This document shows, piece after piece, positions 38,661 to 52,448 of a stretch of 64,000 nucleotides of DNA. A program made the translations under genes and the position numbers. The stretch comes from Octopus vulgaris (Eukaryota), in contig OX597834.1 in the NCBI GenBank assembly GCA_951406725.2, positions 37,510,001 to 37,574,000 of the forward strand, in the 5' to 3' direction. The notes below the pieces were generated by a model. That model made no database searches and was not told where the DNA came from. It saw only the letters and a list, made by a program, of their open reading frames with translations. The first letter of the stretch is position 1. Each line of letters begins with the position of its first letter.

Positions 38661-38881
38661 TCATCCACTTTTGTTATTATTATTGTCGACTATGCCTTTA
38701 ATCTTTTCGGGGTCAATTAAATAAGTACCAGTTATGCACTGGGATCGACGTAATCAACTTACCCCCTCCCTGAAAATTTCAGGCTTTGTGACTATAATAG
38801 AGAATATTATTATTATCATTACCATCATCATCATTATTATTATTATTATTGTTGTTGTTGCCGCTGCCACCACCACCACCG

Positions 38882-38914
<33 letters not shown>

Positions 38915-39032
38915 TCACTATGTCAAACCTCATTCCTGTGTTCTATATTTCATGTTTTATATTGTCTTCAATATCTTGGACTCCTGTGACCAATAAAAGA
39001 AACCATCACCATCGTCATCATCATTATCGTTA

Positions 39033-39066
<34 letters not shown>

Positions 39067-39608
39067 CATTATTATTGCTATCATTACTATTGTTGCTAAA
39101 ATATGGTTCATTGTTGGTATTAATTATTTCATGATTTTTATATTTGTGACTTTGTTTCCAATTTTATAAATTTCCATTTTCAGCTTGTCATGAAATGAGA
39201 AAAATGGTATTGAAATTAAAATATGTGTATGTGTGTGTGTATGAGTGTGTGTGTGTGTGGACAGATTTGTGTCTTTCTTTCTATGTGTATGCATGTAAGT
39301 GTGTGCATGTTCATACGTGCAGTGGTGTAAACATTCGTGTGCATATGTGTGACAAAATATGGATTTCTGTCACGACTATACATGTGTTTGTATGTGTGTG
39401 TCTACTTGTGTGTATATATGTGTATATATGTATGTGTGTGTATGTACATATGTGTATGCATATATATGTGTGTGTGCGTATATATATAGATATATATATA
39501 TATATTGATACATCTGTATGGGCGCTAACATAGACACATACAAATGTATATATATATATCATCATCATCATCGTTGTTTAACGTCCGCTTTCGACGATGA
39601 TGATGATG

Positions 39609-39639
<31 letters not shown>

Positions 39640-40522
39640 TACACACACACACACAAAATATATATATATATATATATATATACAAATACACAAGTATGCA
39701 TACAGATGCACACATATACAAAGAAAAGACACAGACATACATATATAGGTATATTCACATATATACATATATATAAATACCAACATACGCAGACATACAC
39801 TCATATACACGACTACACATACAAATATAGATATATTTGTACACACACACACATGCACATATATATAGTCACACGCTTATATGCATATACAGAAACAAGC
39901 TCTCGTGCAATAATACACACACACAAACACACATAAGCTGTCTCACACATATACACTGATGCAGACTCAAACACACACACACATACATACATGTAAATAC
40001 AGATGTATTCACACACACACACACATACACACACACACTGATGGAAACACACCCATACTGTGTTACACATCCACACTGCGTTACAGACTCAAACACACAC
40101 ATGCATTTATACACACATACACATACACTTACACATGTACACAGACTTAGAGACACATAGACATCACATACACATACTCCTACACACACACACACACGAA
40201 TAATTTGATCTTATTTGATTGCACCTTTTTATTTAATTACATTCAGTTTCCTTAAAGTTATTTAATCAAATTTATTTGATTAATGTTGTTTCATATTCAT
40301 TTTCATTTGTTTTGTCATTCATCTCATTTATTTACATATTTACTTACTTACACATACATACACACACACACATATGTGTGCGTGTGTGTATATATATACA
40401 TACATACATATACACATATTTATACATATATATATACACATACATATACATACAGATACATATACACACACACATAAAGATATATATATATATATATATA
40501 TACACAGACAGTTATATGCTCA

Positions 40523-40566
<44 letters not shown>

Positions 40567-40764
40567 TGTCATTTTGTATGTGTTTCTAAATATATGTGTA
40601 TGTCCACACACACACACATGCATAAATATATATGTATATATATATATGCACACACACACATATATATATATATGCACACACACACATATATATACATACA
40701 TACCTATATTTGTATATATATTTATATATATATATATATATGCATATGCATACATATATATATA

Positions 40765-40807
<43 letters not shown>

Positions 40808-40931
40808 GCATAAATATATGTGTGTGTATGTATATATGCATATACATATATACGTGTATGTGTGTATGTGCATGTATGTATATACATATGCATATACATA
40901 CATTCATATAAATATACGTGTGTATGTACAA

Positions 40932-40977
<46 letters not shown>

Positions 40978-41348
40978 GCACACACATTTGTCAATAAGTA
41001 TAAGTACAGTACTGGTGGTGTTTCTCTGTTTCTTCCCATAGAGTTAAGAGAATGTTCCAATTTTCCCAAGTGCAATACAAAAGAGAATAACAATAAATTA
41101 TAAATCTATCTCCGAAATTCATTATAAATCCATTCCTTCCACGTAATTCCTAATGAAACCATCCCACTATTTATTCCACAGCAATCCTGCAATTCACTAT
41201 TAATCCATTCTAATATTGAAAATTAAAATTCACGAGTCTCCTGAGACTTGATCTGGTGAGGTGTCGGCCAGCCAAACAGCAAAGCGGGGAAAGTGTTGGA
41301 ATTCATAGAAAGGCATCGGAGCCGTGTTGAGCCAGGTTGGATGCTCAA

Positions 41349-41712
41349 CCTCTTTTGCTCTTTTACTTGTTTCAGTCATGTGACTGTGGCCATGCTGGAG
41401 CACCGCCTTTAGTCGAGCAAATCGACCCCCAGGTCTTATTCTTTGTAAGCCTAGTACTTATTCTATCTGTCTCTTTTGCCGAACCACTAAGTTATAGGGA
41501 TGCAAACACACCAGCATCAGTTGTCAAGCGATGTTGGGTGGAAGAACACAGACATACAAACATATACACACACAAACACATATATATACATATATACGAT
41601 GGGCTTCTTTCAGTTTCCGTCTACCAAATCCACTCACAAGGCTTTGGTCAGCCCGAGGCTATAGTAGAAGACACTTGCCCAAGGTGCCACGCTACTTACC
41701 ACACAGTCACTC
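41349..41712 (-). mobile_element. SINE family B copy
   Basis: Reverse complement of the 31764 element. Confidence 0.85.
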
Positions 41713-41819
41713 CTACGCCTACATGTGTACAATTGTTTTTGATGCTATATACAAACTTAAATCTTAAATGTCTAGAAAATGGTATTTTTAGTACATTAGA
41801 TATTATATTTAATATATAT

Positions 41820-42110
41820 ATGATCACCATGACCGAAAAGGCTATCAGATGTTGCTACACATCGCTGGTCACAATGTGCTTCGCATTGTTTTAGCCTTTA
41901 AATGACGCCACCCCACTGGCTAAGCGAGCAGGCCAACAGAAGAAAGAGTGAGAGAAAGTTGTGGTGAAAGAGTACAGCAGGGATTGCCACTACCCCCTGC
42001 TGGAGCCTCCTGGAGCTTTAGGTGTTTTCGCTCAATAAACACTCACAACACCTGGTCTGGGAATTGAAATCGCAATCCTACTGCCCTAACCATTGGGCCA
42101 TTGTGCTTCC
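41820..42110 (-). mobile_element. tRNA-headed SINE with family D head and a different 3' part
   Basis: Shares gtggaagcacaatggcccaatggttagggcag...gtgagtgtttattgagcgaaaacac with 44022. Confidence 0.75.
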
Positions 42111-42894
42111 ACACACACACACACGCACACAAACATATATATATATATATATAAATAAACCAGTACTGAAATGTTTTTTATAAAATTATTTTAGCACTTT
42201 CTGCCTTGACTTTTTTTCCACATATATGTATATAAGTGAGTAACAAAGGTGTACAGGTGTCAATTCATTATGGCCATTTCGAGTGATTCCTTTAATTGCT
42301 TAATGAAAACATTGCATCATTTGAAAGAAGAAACTGTTCGCATCAGATGACTTCACAGACTTTCAACATAAAGGATACAACAGTCTCCTTAATACATTCA
42401 CATCAATAATGGAACTGAAAATATTTGCATTGTTTCCTTTGTCATATCTGTGGCAGAATGAGTTTAGAAAATAATGCATAGCTTGTTAGGTCTATTATAA
42501 TTTAGAAATCTAGCAGAAGAAACAGTAGGGGGTCAGGAGAAAGAGTGGTGACCCAGTTACTTATATCAAGAAGACTTTATGGAGAATGTAGTCTTCAACC
42601 ATATAGAATGAAATCTGTTGGGAGCTGTCAACTGTATTCTAGTTAATGGTGATAAATCAATTAGTGTCAGACAATCTACTAGACTCTCAAAGTACTGGAA
42701 CCATATATCTAGCTTCACCTACAGAAAAGAGTAGGTTGTAGGGTTAGTAGAAATGCCTGATGGGAAGGGGTGATAAGTGGGAAAAAAAAGGGATAGTGAT
42801 GGTCAATATTTATTTTGATAAAGAGCCACTTGAAACCGTGCTAATTAATTGGCACCTGTACATCTTTGTTATTCACTTATATTTTATTCACCTA

Positions 42895-43096
42895 AAGTGG
42901 TGAGCTGGCAGAATTGTTTGCAAGCCGGGCGAAATGTTTAGTGGTATTTCGTCTGAGTTCAAATTCTGCCGAGGTTGGCTTTGCCTATCATCCTTACTGG
43001 GTCAATAAAATAAATACCAGTTGCAAACTAGGGTCGATGTAATCGACTGGAATCCTCCCCAAAATTTTCGGGCCTTGTGCCAAGAGTAGAAAAGTA
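42895..43096 (+). mobile_element. SINE family A copy
   Basis: gagctggcagaa...ctgagttcaaattctgccgagg...ggccttgtgc. Confidence 0.8.
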
Positions 43097-43775
43097 TATT
43101 TTATTCAGCTAACTTGGAATCTGCACTTTGGAAATACTTATAGAAAGAACCTTTTAAAATGTATATGTCTGAATTACCTAGAGTGGATATTTTCACTCAG
43201 CTGGGTTGTGTTGTCTGCACACACGGCAGGAATATTAGGTACAAACATCCCTACACGGAGTCTTGATATTCAATGTTCAAATAATACTGTTTGGGTGTGT
43301 GGATTATACCAACCTAGCAAGGTGCCTCAATTTAAGTATGTAATTCAACTGAACCTTAATTAAATATATATTTATTTATATATATATATATATATATTAC
43401 TAAATGAATAAATATTCAAAAATATTTATACAGATATCATTATCATTAATTGTTATCATAAGTAAAATGAATAATATAACAACAATAATAAAAGTGTCCA
43501 GCAAGCAAAATGCTGATAAATGGCAAATCCAAAATTTTATAATTAATTTTTAATTATGATAGGGCAAATGAGATGCCAGTATCATTGTGAAAATCAGATT
43601 TGAAAAATCCTCTAAACAACTACAAATCTCTGGAAATATGACAAGCAGAACAGAAATCAGGCTACGAACAAAGAAGTTAACTCACCAACTTGGCAGAAAA
43701 CTGTAGAATGAGGAAATAGATATCCCTGGAGAAACTGACTTCGAATTTTGAGAGCTTACTTTATATATATATATA

Positions 43776-43996
43776 CTTTATTTAAAAGCAGCAGAAATTT
43801 AACAAAAAGCTGTTACTCGGAGTTTCACGTTCCCGTTCGTTTTGTTAACAAAACTGTCTGACGAATGGGAACGTGAAACTCCGAGTAACAGCTTTTGTTA
43901 AATTTCTGCTGCTTTTAAATAAAGCATATTACTCTACCTCTGGTATTTGAGTACTCTTTTTTCCACCTTGTTTCACATTTATGTGTTTACTCCGGT
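43776..43996 (+). mobile_element. (TA)n-embedded fold-back element (palindrome 43776-43924 plus unique 3' tail)
   Basis: Arms ctttatttaaaagcagcagaaattt...ttcgt and acgaa...aaatttctgctgcttttaaataaag, with (TA)n on both sides. Confidence 0.88.
43854..43891 (+). ncRNA. Minimal type I hammerhead ribozyme motif, apparently intact
   Basis: ctgt-CTGACGA-ATG-ggaa-CGT-GAAA-CT-ccg-AG-TA-acag. Predicted cleavage after GUA at 43887. Confidence 0.82.
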
Positions 43997-44021
43997 ATAT
44001 ATATATTATATATATATATAG

Positions 44022-44400
44022 TGGAGGCGTAATGGCTCAGTGGTTAGGGCAGTGGACTCATGGTCATAGGATCATGGTTTTGATTCCCAGACCGGGCGTT
44101 GTGAGTGTTTATTGAGCGAAAACACTTAAAGCTCCACAAGGCTCTGGCAGGGGATTTTGGTGGACTCTTCTGTACTCCACACCACAACTTTCTCTCAATC
44201 ATTCTTCCTGTTTCTGTTGTACCTGTATTTCAAAGGGCCAGCCTTGTCACACTCTGTGTCACGCTGAATCTCCCCGAGAACTACGTTAAGGGTACACGTG
44301 TCAGTGGAGTGCTCAGCCACTTGCAAGTTAATTTTATGAGCAGGCTGTTCAGTAGATCGGATCAACTGGAACCCTGATCATCATAACCGATGGAGGGCCA
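44022..44400 (+). mobile_element. Full-length tRNA-headed SINE family D
   Basis: A box tggctcagtgg, B-box-like ggttttgattccc, and a body shared with 34078 and 26870. Confidence 0.85.
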
Positions 44401-44584
44401 TGATATATCATATATATATATTATGTATGAATGAGTAAGACATTATGGTTAGTGAGTTGCACTTATGATCATGAGATTGTAGGTTCAATTCCTGGACCAG
44501 GTGATGCATAGCCTTCTTGAGCACAGCACTTCATTTCACATTGCTCTGCAGTCACTTCAACTCCTGACACATTTTATAACGTGA

Positions 44585-44665
44585 ACCGATAAGTTACGGG
44601 GATGTAAACACACCAGCATCGGTTGTGAAGCGATGTTGTGGGGACAAACACAAACACAAACATAT

Positions 44666-44710
<45 letters not shown>

Positions 44711-44877
44711 TATACGAAGGGCTTCTTTCAGTTTCTGTCTACCAAATCCACTCATGAGGCTTTGGTTGGCCCGAGGCTATAGTAGAAGACATTTGCCCAA
44801 AGTGCCATGCAGTGGGACTGAACACGGAACCATGTGGTTGGTAAGCATGCTACTTACCACACAACCACTTCTGCACC
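44585..44877 (-). mobile_element. SINE family B copy
   Basis: Reverse complement of the 31764 element, including the head. Confidence 0.82.
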
Positions 44878-46229
44878 TGTATTGTAAAAAGTAGTTGTTT
44901 AACTGCAGTCAACACTGATTCAAAAGACTCAAGGTTAAAAATACTCCAGCCACGACCATCATGTCTGTTATTGAGACATAGTGTAGTTAGTCCATCTTTC
45001 TTAAGACATGAGTGACTTATAGCTGCTATTTCTAGCAGGTCTCGCATCTTCCTATTTGCTACTTCATTAGCACATTTTATGCTGTAATTCCCTGGTTTCT
45101 AACTCCGTGTTGTGTTGAATATTTTTTTCTTTTTTTTTTTTCTTGTTAAAAAAAGAAGTATTCACAAATTGCTTTGCTAATCAATCCTAGCTTAATGATC
45201 AATTAATTAATTGTCCAATTATTATAAAAAGCAGGCAGAATTTATTGTAAAAGTGTGCCACGATTCATTAGAAAACCATCCAAGAATTGATTAAAATATC
45301 AAAATTGATCTTTAAATTCCAAAATCTGTTTCAGAAGGCAATTAAATACTGTTCTAATTGTATCTACGTTGGTGCTGTTTAGCCCCAGGTCAGACCTGAT
45401 CCACTAGACTTCTGATCAAATCCATTCTATCCATGACCATCTTGTCTTTTGTGGAGTAACTCTAACTACATTATCTAATGTCCGCTTTCCTTATTTAAGA
45501 TAATAATGGTGTGATTTGAAGGAGATTTAGTTTCTACTTCTAGCACCTTCTCTACCATGGCTCCTTGGAGAGTAATTTTCATTAACACTAATTAACATTC
45601 TTCCAATTGCAGGTGTAATTTTAAATGATTAAAAAAATAACATTTTCAACCCATTACATGCTAGCTCACATTTAACTCTATATTCCTCATGCAGAAGGCG
45701 CCCATAGCAAATTTTCTAGTGCAATCTGTAGTCTGTTTTTGATACAAATTAAACTCTTAAATTTGTTTATCATGTAAAAAGCACTGGTGCTGGTACCACG
45801 TAAAAAGCACCCAGTACACTCTGTAAAGTGGTTGGCATTAGGAAGGGCACCCTGTAGTAGAAATGATGCTGGCGCAAACAATGGAGCCTGATGTGGGCCC
45901 CCAGACTTACCAGCTACTGTCAAACCATCCAACCAATGCTAGCATGGAAAACGAACATTGAATGATGATGATGATGGTGAACATTGTGGTTATTTAACCC
46001 CAAGTCGACCACGATCTGCATGTTGAACTATGATCAAAGACAATCAAACCAACCATGGCCACCCTGTATTTTACCTCTGCAAATTGTTCTCTGGTGTGTC
46101 AATTTTTAAGATAACAATGTGAGTTTCAGTGCCACTTCAACATTCACCGAAATCAGGCTGTTCCCACCCATAACACAATCTTACGTTGGGTGAATGCATT
46201 TCGTACACAAGGTACACTAATGAATAGGA

Positions 46230-46445
46230 GACTGGTGGGGGGTGGTCAACAAAGCAATGCTGGAGAGAATGGAGACCAACTTCCAAGAACACCTTCAGAA
46301 ATACATCAATGGAAACGGACACTAAATGATTGATGTTTTCTGCACTTGATTTTGACAAATACTAATTCAATACGAACACATTGGTATCAATAAAAATTAT
46401 TTGCAGCTAAAATTAACGATTTTGTGAAATTTTTCAAAAACGCCC
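46230..46445 (+). mobile_element. Tc1/Tc3-like transposase C-terminal relic
   Basis: Translation VNKAMLERMETNFQEHLQKYINGNGH resembles the MLxRVxxNFxxRLxxCIxxxGxH pattern. Confidence 0.45.
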
Positions 46446-47816
46446 CTCCTCTCTGTCCCACCCTATATCTCCTCCGTAGTAAGATGCCCTATCTCCATCT
46501 CTCTGTTATATTCTAGCCTCTCACCTGGCACAAAGCTGCTTCCCCTTGTTCCACTCCCTTTCTCAGCTGAGGAATTCATCTCTCCAATTACTTGGTGACC
46601 CTGCTGGGGTTGGTGTCGCATAAAAAGGATACAAAAAGCATCCAGTACTTTCTGTAAGGCGGTTGGTATTAAGAAGGGCATCTTGTCAAAAAGACCATGC
46701 CAAAATAACAAGGGAGTCGGTGCAACTCTCTGGTGTGCCAGCTCCTGTCAAACTGTTCAACCCATGCCAGCCAGTGGGGAGGGGGCTAAGCTGATTACAT
46801 CAACCCTGGTGCATAACTGGTACTTATTTCCTCGACCCTGAAAGGATGAAAGGCAAAGTTGTTCTCAGTGGAATTTCATAAGGATTGACAAAATGCCATT
46901 AAGCATTTTTGCTCAGCATGCTAATGAGTCTGCCAACTCATTTCCTTAATAATAGTAATAACAGTGAAGGTGCATGGCTTAATGGTTAGGGCATTTAATT
47001 CACGACTGTAAGGTCATAAGTTCAATTCCCCACGACATGTTGTGTCCTTGAGCAAGGCTTGTGATTGGAGCACTTGAGTTGGTGATGAAAAGCCTTCAGA
47101 AACACCTTGACACAATTGGAATTTGTTCCAGGATTATGATATTGTAAAAAAGACAATGGCTTTTAAGAACAGCAAATATCCTGTTGTAGACAATTGGAGC
47201 TTGGTTGTATTCTCTGGCTTACCAGCTCCCTGCCAAACCATCCAACCCATTCCGGCATGGAAAACAGATATTAAACGATGATGATGATGATGATGACAAG
47301 GAGGTGGGTGCCTATGTTATTTCTTCTTTTCATTTTACATAGCAGGTTGTGGTTCCACATTGACACATTACACAAAAGGTTATTAAGTGTGCAGCAAAAA
47401 GAGATAAAGAGAAACCCCCAGTGATGTATTAAAAAGACCTAGCTGCTACCTACCTACCTTTCATGTGAAGTAATATTATATTGCTATACCCTAAGGTAGA
47501 CATATCTCACTAATTATATCTGACTCATCAATAGAGGCTGCAGGGTTAAATCAAGCTAACCTTCCCCAACGACAACCTCATCTCTTCCACCGTGAGCAGC
47601 AACAAGAAACATTTGTTTTTATTTACTATTTACTAATTTTTTTTTAAACTTTGTTTCCAGTTCTTTTCTTTTGATGTCTTCATTTACATTGTGTGCACGT
47701 GTGTGTATATGTGTGTATATACGTATGTATGTATGTATGTATGTATAGCTTACATGAATATACGCAGATATATGTGTATATATATATATATATATAAAAT
47801 GTACCTATAAATTTAC

Positions 47817-47894
<78 letters not shown>

Positions 47895-48229
47895 GTGTAT
47901 ATATGTATGTACACATACATGCATGCATACACATAAATGCACATATAAACATACACACATGCCATTTAAAACTTTTCTTATTTATATTTTCATATTTATT
48001 TTACATCAATTATTTTCCCAAGCTGTCATTATTTTGTTATTTCACTCTGTACAATTTCTGAAAGGATTCTTCTGGAATATACCTTATTTAAAAAACATCA
48101 TCCTCCCCTTTTTGATATTGTCAAATTCTTCTGCAGCATTACTCTGTGTTTTTTGTAGCCAATTATACAGGAGAGAATCAAATAAACCATTTCACTTTTT
48201 CTGTATACACACCCTTATATATATGTGTG

Positions 48230-48270
<41 letters not shown>

Positions 48271-48582
48271 CGGAGATGTACTTGCATAGCAAGTGACTTG
48301 ATCTGAGATCGTGTGATGGAACGAAGACAATTGCAGCGTAGAAGGTGTTTATAAGCCATTAAGAAACACACAAAAACCGTTAGATTCACTTCAACATTTA
48401 AATTTAATTTGTCAAAATATTTTCGTTGCTTTGAGACCGCGACTTGTTCACTGATAAAGCTTCATGCTGCATCTCAAAGCAAACGAAAATATTTTGACAA
48501 ATCAAATTTAAATGTTGAAGTGAATCTAACAGTTTTGTGTGTTTCTTAAATGGCTTATAAACACCTTCCAAGCTGCAATTGT
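48271..48582. mobile_element. (TA)n-embedded fold-back element (arms about 110 bp, 48327-48582)
   Basis: acaattgcagc..gaaggtgtttataagccatt...ttgctttgaga versus tctcaaagcaa...aatggcttataaacaccttc..gctgcaattgt. Confidence 0.88.
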
Positions 48583-48779
48583 TATATATATATATACATA
48601 CACGTGTTTATGTATACATCTAGACACACATAAATAAATACATATTTACATATTTATGTGTTAATATATATATATGTATATATACATTTTACTTTTGACA
48701 ATCTTTTTCTAAACAAGTGAAACCGGTCAAGTGAATAAACATCTTTAAGATTACATTTTCAAACCTTCTTTCATATATG

Positions 48780-48819
<40 letters not shown>

Positions 48820-49046
48820 GATGAGTGTATATATATATATACATAGATGAGTGTATTTTTACCTTGTTAACAATTAACACGGAAAAAATAAATAAATAGT
48901 TACCAGGGTAGCAAAAATCTGTTAGCTACTTATGACGTTATATCATATAACAATTTTTTTAAACATTATTAATAGCGTTCTGTCAATCGCTATACAAATC
49001 CATCATTTTTTGCTAAAATATCTTCTTGACGAGTTTCGTTTTTTTC

Positions 49047-49132
49047 ACTTTCCTGAGGAGAAGATTGCATTGTTTATACCATTTATTCTTTTGAATAGTA
49101 TCAGTGGAATTTTCGAAACATGTGTCGAAAGT
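49047..49132 (+). ncRNA. Type I hammerhead ribozyme motif, canonical core (family H2)
   Basis: actttc-CTGAGGA-GAAGATTgCATTG...CAGTGgAATTTTC-GAAA-C-atgt-GTC-gaaagt. Predicted cleavage after GUC at 49126. The host element (about 48845-49180) is bounded by (TA)n. Confidence 0.88.
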
Positions 49133-49176
49133 AAAAATATTTGATTTACACTTGCGTTAAACTCCATTTATTTATT

Positions 49177-49223
<47 letters not shown>

Positions 49224-49604
49224 ATATATTGTTCCTATTATGTGAGACTATTGTATGACCAAATTTGGCCAAATGTTGTTTTTTGAATATTTATTTTTGC
49301 CTGCAATAGCTGGTTCTTTTGGTCAAGCTATCGTATTTCCAGCTGCTTCAGATGCCAAGATATCAAAAATTGTCAAAGTGTAGTACAACGGTTTTGCTAT
49401 GGAATGGTGAAACTGTTTATTCATTTTCTGAAAAAGTAACGTTTTGGACTTACAATACTTTTGCATAATAGTAACAATGTTACCCCTACTGCCACTACGA
49501 AGTTCCTACAATAAATCTATGGATAACAACAGGTAATCGAAACTGTGTTGGTGCTTTACTCATCATCTACTTATATATTTTGTATAATTTCTCCATCGTA
49601 GTCA

Positions 49605-49900
49605 TAAAGCGAGACAGATGAGTGACAACGTGGCCACTGGTGGTGTAACACACCATACTAATCATATCTGTCGGGCATGTGGAAGAGAGTGTAATTCGGC
49701 AGGAGGACTTAAACGACACGCAAAGGTACATGAAGCCCAGTTACAACTACAGCCAGCTATTACCGGTAAAGGTTTTAGTTGCCAATTTTGTACAAGACAT
49801 TGTAGATCTTTGGCTGGGCTAAAAAGTCACATTCGATCACAGCACCAATAACAGTTAAGCTTCGTGCAATGGCCATACTCGATAATGAGGGGTCAGCCAT
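49605..49900 (+). mobile_element. RTE-like LINE 3' end with two C2H2 zinc fingers
   Basis: ORF 49618-49851 has CRACGRECNSAGGLKRHAKVH and CQFCTRHCRSLAGLKSHIRSQH with no TGEKP linker. A short 3' UTR runs into (TA)n. Confidence 0.7.
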
Positions 49901-49919
49901 AATATATATATATATGTGT

Positions 49920-50131
49920 AAATGTGACCTCGTGTGTACCGTTGGCAATTTTTTTTCCTCTGTCTTCCCTTCTCTGGATCTTTCCTTCTCCTATGTTTCC
50001 GACGAAGAGCTCCGCTCGAAATGTTAAACCCTCCTTCTTTCCTTCTTTCCTGAGCGTCCAATAATACTATATTTGTTCCATGTCCTCGCGTTGTTGTGTT
50101 TTTTTTGTGCTTTCTTGTTTGGATTAACTTT
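49920..50131 (+). mobile_element. Penelope-like pseudo-LTR fragment (family H1) between (TA)n tracts; motif at 49995-50029
   Basis: gttt-CCGACGA-A-GAGC-tcc-GCTC-GAAA-T-GTT-aaac, then cctgagc...taatac. Confidence 0.65.
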
Positions 50132-52448
50132 ATATATATATATACATCCCTCCAACTTAGCAATTCAGCAAAATAGGCTAATAACATAAGTACCGGGGTA
50201 TTTACAAAAATTAAACTACTGTAGTCGATTCGTTTGACTAAAATTCTGCAAGGTGATGCTCCAGAATGGCTGCAGTCTAATGACTGAAACAAGCAAAAGA
50301 TGAAAGACAAAAGATATAAGCCGCCTTTCCTGAATTATTGCAAAGCATGCCACACCTGCCTAACATCTATAACTGAATGCAAATAACAAATCAGATTTTA
50401 ATATAAAGCTTTTGGTTTTTGTGAGAAACAACTAGAAAATAGGTGCCCGCTTATTATATATATTCTACTTCAATTATACGGCTTTGATCTTTAGAACTGC
50501 CATCTCTTGTAATATACCAGAAGAGTGTTTGTGTGTGTGTGTGTGTGTTTCTATGTATCTATGTATACATAAATGTATTGTCATTTGCTCGAAGCATTGC
50601 AATACATGTACATCAGAATGTTTAGAAAAATAAAAACCAATATGAAATGCAGGTGAAGAGTTAGGTAAAATATGTAAGGTAATGACTGTGAATAAAATCA
50701 AGAACAAAAGATATCGAATTACCATGCGTAAGTTGTTTAATGATCCAATAATATTTTGGGGAAAAATTCCCCTTTTCAAATAAAAGAAATTAATCAAAGC
50801 ATTTGTTATTACCAAGCTAGTCGTGTGTGTGTTTGTGTGTGCTCATATATTTGCAGATTTTGATTAGGCAAAGCAACAATGATAACCTACTGTTAGATCT
50901 CAATATGCATATGTTTCAGAATATATCATTAGTTGAGTACAGAGTGTTGTATGAAATTAAAGAAATGAAAAGTGATATGGAATTATATTATCAACTTCAT
51001 TAGCTTACAGCCGTTTCTGCAATAAAATGCAATGTGCTCAGAGCTAAATGCTTGTGCATCAGCTTATAGTTTCTTTGAAGCTTCTAAAAGGAAGTGCATA
51101 TTTATTTGGGAAAACATTTAGACAGATGGAAAAAAATCACAATATATATATATATATATACACATATATATATATATATTGCCTCACATTCTCATATGCA
51201 CATCACTCACATAAACACAAACACACATGCACACAGATACCACCAAACACAAACATATACATAAACATTGGCCATCTTGGCACTCTCCTACCCCAAATAC
51301 CACTACTCCATCTCCTTCCACTTCCAAATGTATGTATGATTGTATACATGCATATTTATTTACTTATATATATGTGAATATATAACCTTACCTTATCAAA
51401 ATGACTTTTCCATCTCTGTAATAGAAATAAGAAAATACAACCATTAGTATTTGAGCAACTGAAGACAAATTACTTGACTTACATTTACTTATTTCGTATC
51501 ACAATAGATAAACAATAGTCTAATGAATGATAAGACAGTATCTTGGTGTTAATGCACTGTTTTCTGCATGACCATATTAACATCTTTCGATGCCTTAGTC
51601 CGATTTGGTTTCATTCTTCCTCAATGATATTTCTAACAAAATACTCTATTTGTGTTTCATTTCCTTTCAAAAGCAATGAAAACAAATTCCCTTTCCTTTT
51701 TCTTTTCCAACTGGGCTATCTTTGTATCTACTTTAAAGCAAAACACCTCTCTCTGTCTCTCTCTGTATTTTTAAGCTCTCAATTAGCACAAAGCCATCTT
51801 CCTGGGATTCCATTTAATACTACTTCCCCCTCCTAGTTGAGGGTTCTTTTTCCTCTTGCAAGGTATTTGGTAACCCTGTCGATGATGGTGCCACATAAAA
51901 AGCACTGGTGCGGGTGTTGAGTAAAAAACACTGCTGATGGTGCCGTGTAAAAAGCACTGGTGCTGCGTAAAGAGTATCCTGCACACTCTGTTAAGTTCTT
52001 CACATTTGGAAGGTCACCCAACTGTAGGAACCATGCCAAAACAGACGATGTTGCCTGATGTGGTCCCTGGCCTTACCAGCTTCTATCAAACATGGAAAAC
52101 AATGATGATGATAAAGATGGTGATGATGATGATGATGATGATGATGGTGATGGCGATGATGATGATGGTGATGGCAATGATGATGATGATGATGATGATG
52201 TGGTGATGATGATGATGATGTGATGATGATGATGATAAGGATGATGATAACAATGATGGTGATGATGATGACATAGACATTAGTGCTATATATGCATTCC
52301 CACTGCACACACACACACACAAGCAACTGGCCTCTACTCAGCTTTTAGCTACTAAATGACTCTCATAAAACGATAGTGACCCTAATTCTATGGGAAAGGG
52401 TGTCATGCAGTGGAAAGCAAATCTAGGACCTTGGTGCTTGCAGAAAAT

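Noticed and set aside
44022-44100. tRNA-like sequence (also 31764, 34078, 61293)
   Set aside because: These are tRNA-derived SINE heads with A/B boxes that continue into SINE bodies; no intact cloverleaf is evident.
49490-49555. Possible hammerhead (gccactacgaag...tcGAAACTGTGTTggtgc)
   Set aside because: The CTGANGA core is missing and the stems are poor; at best a remnant.
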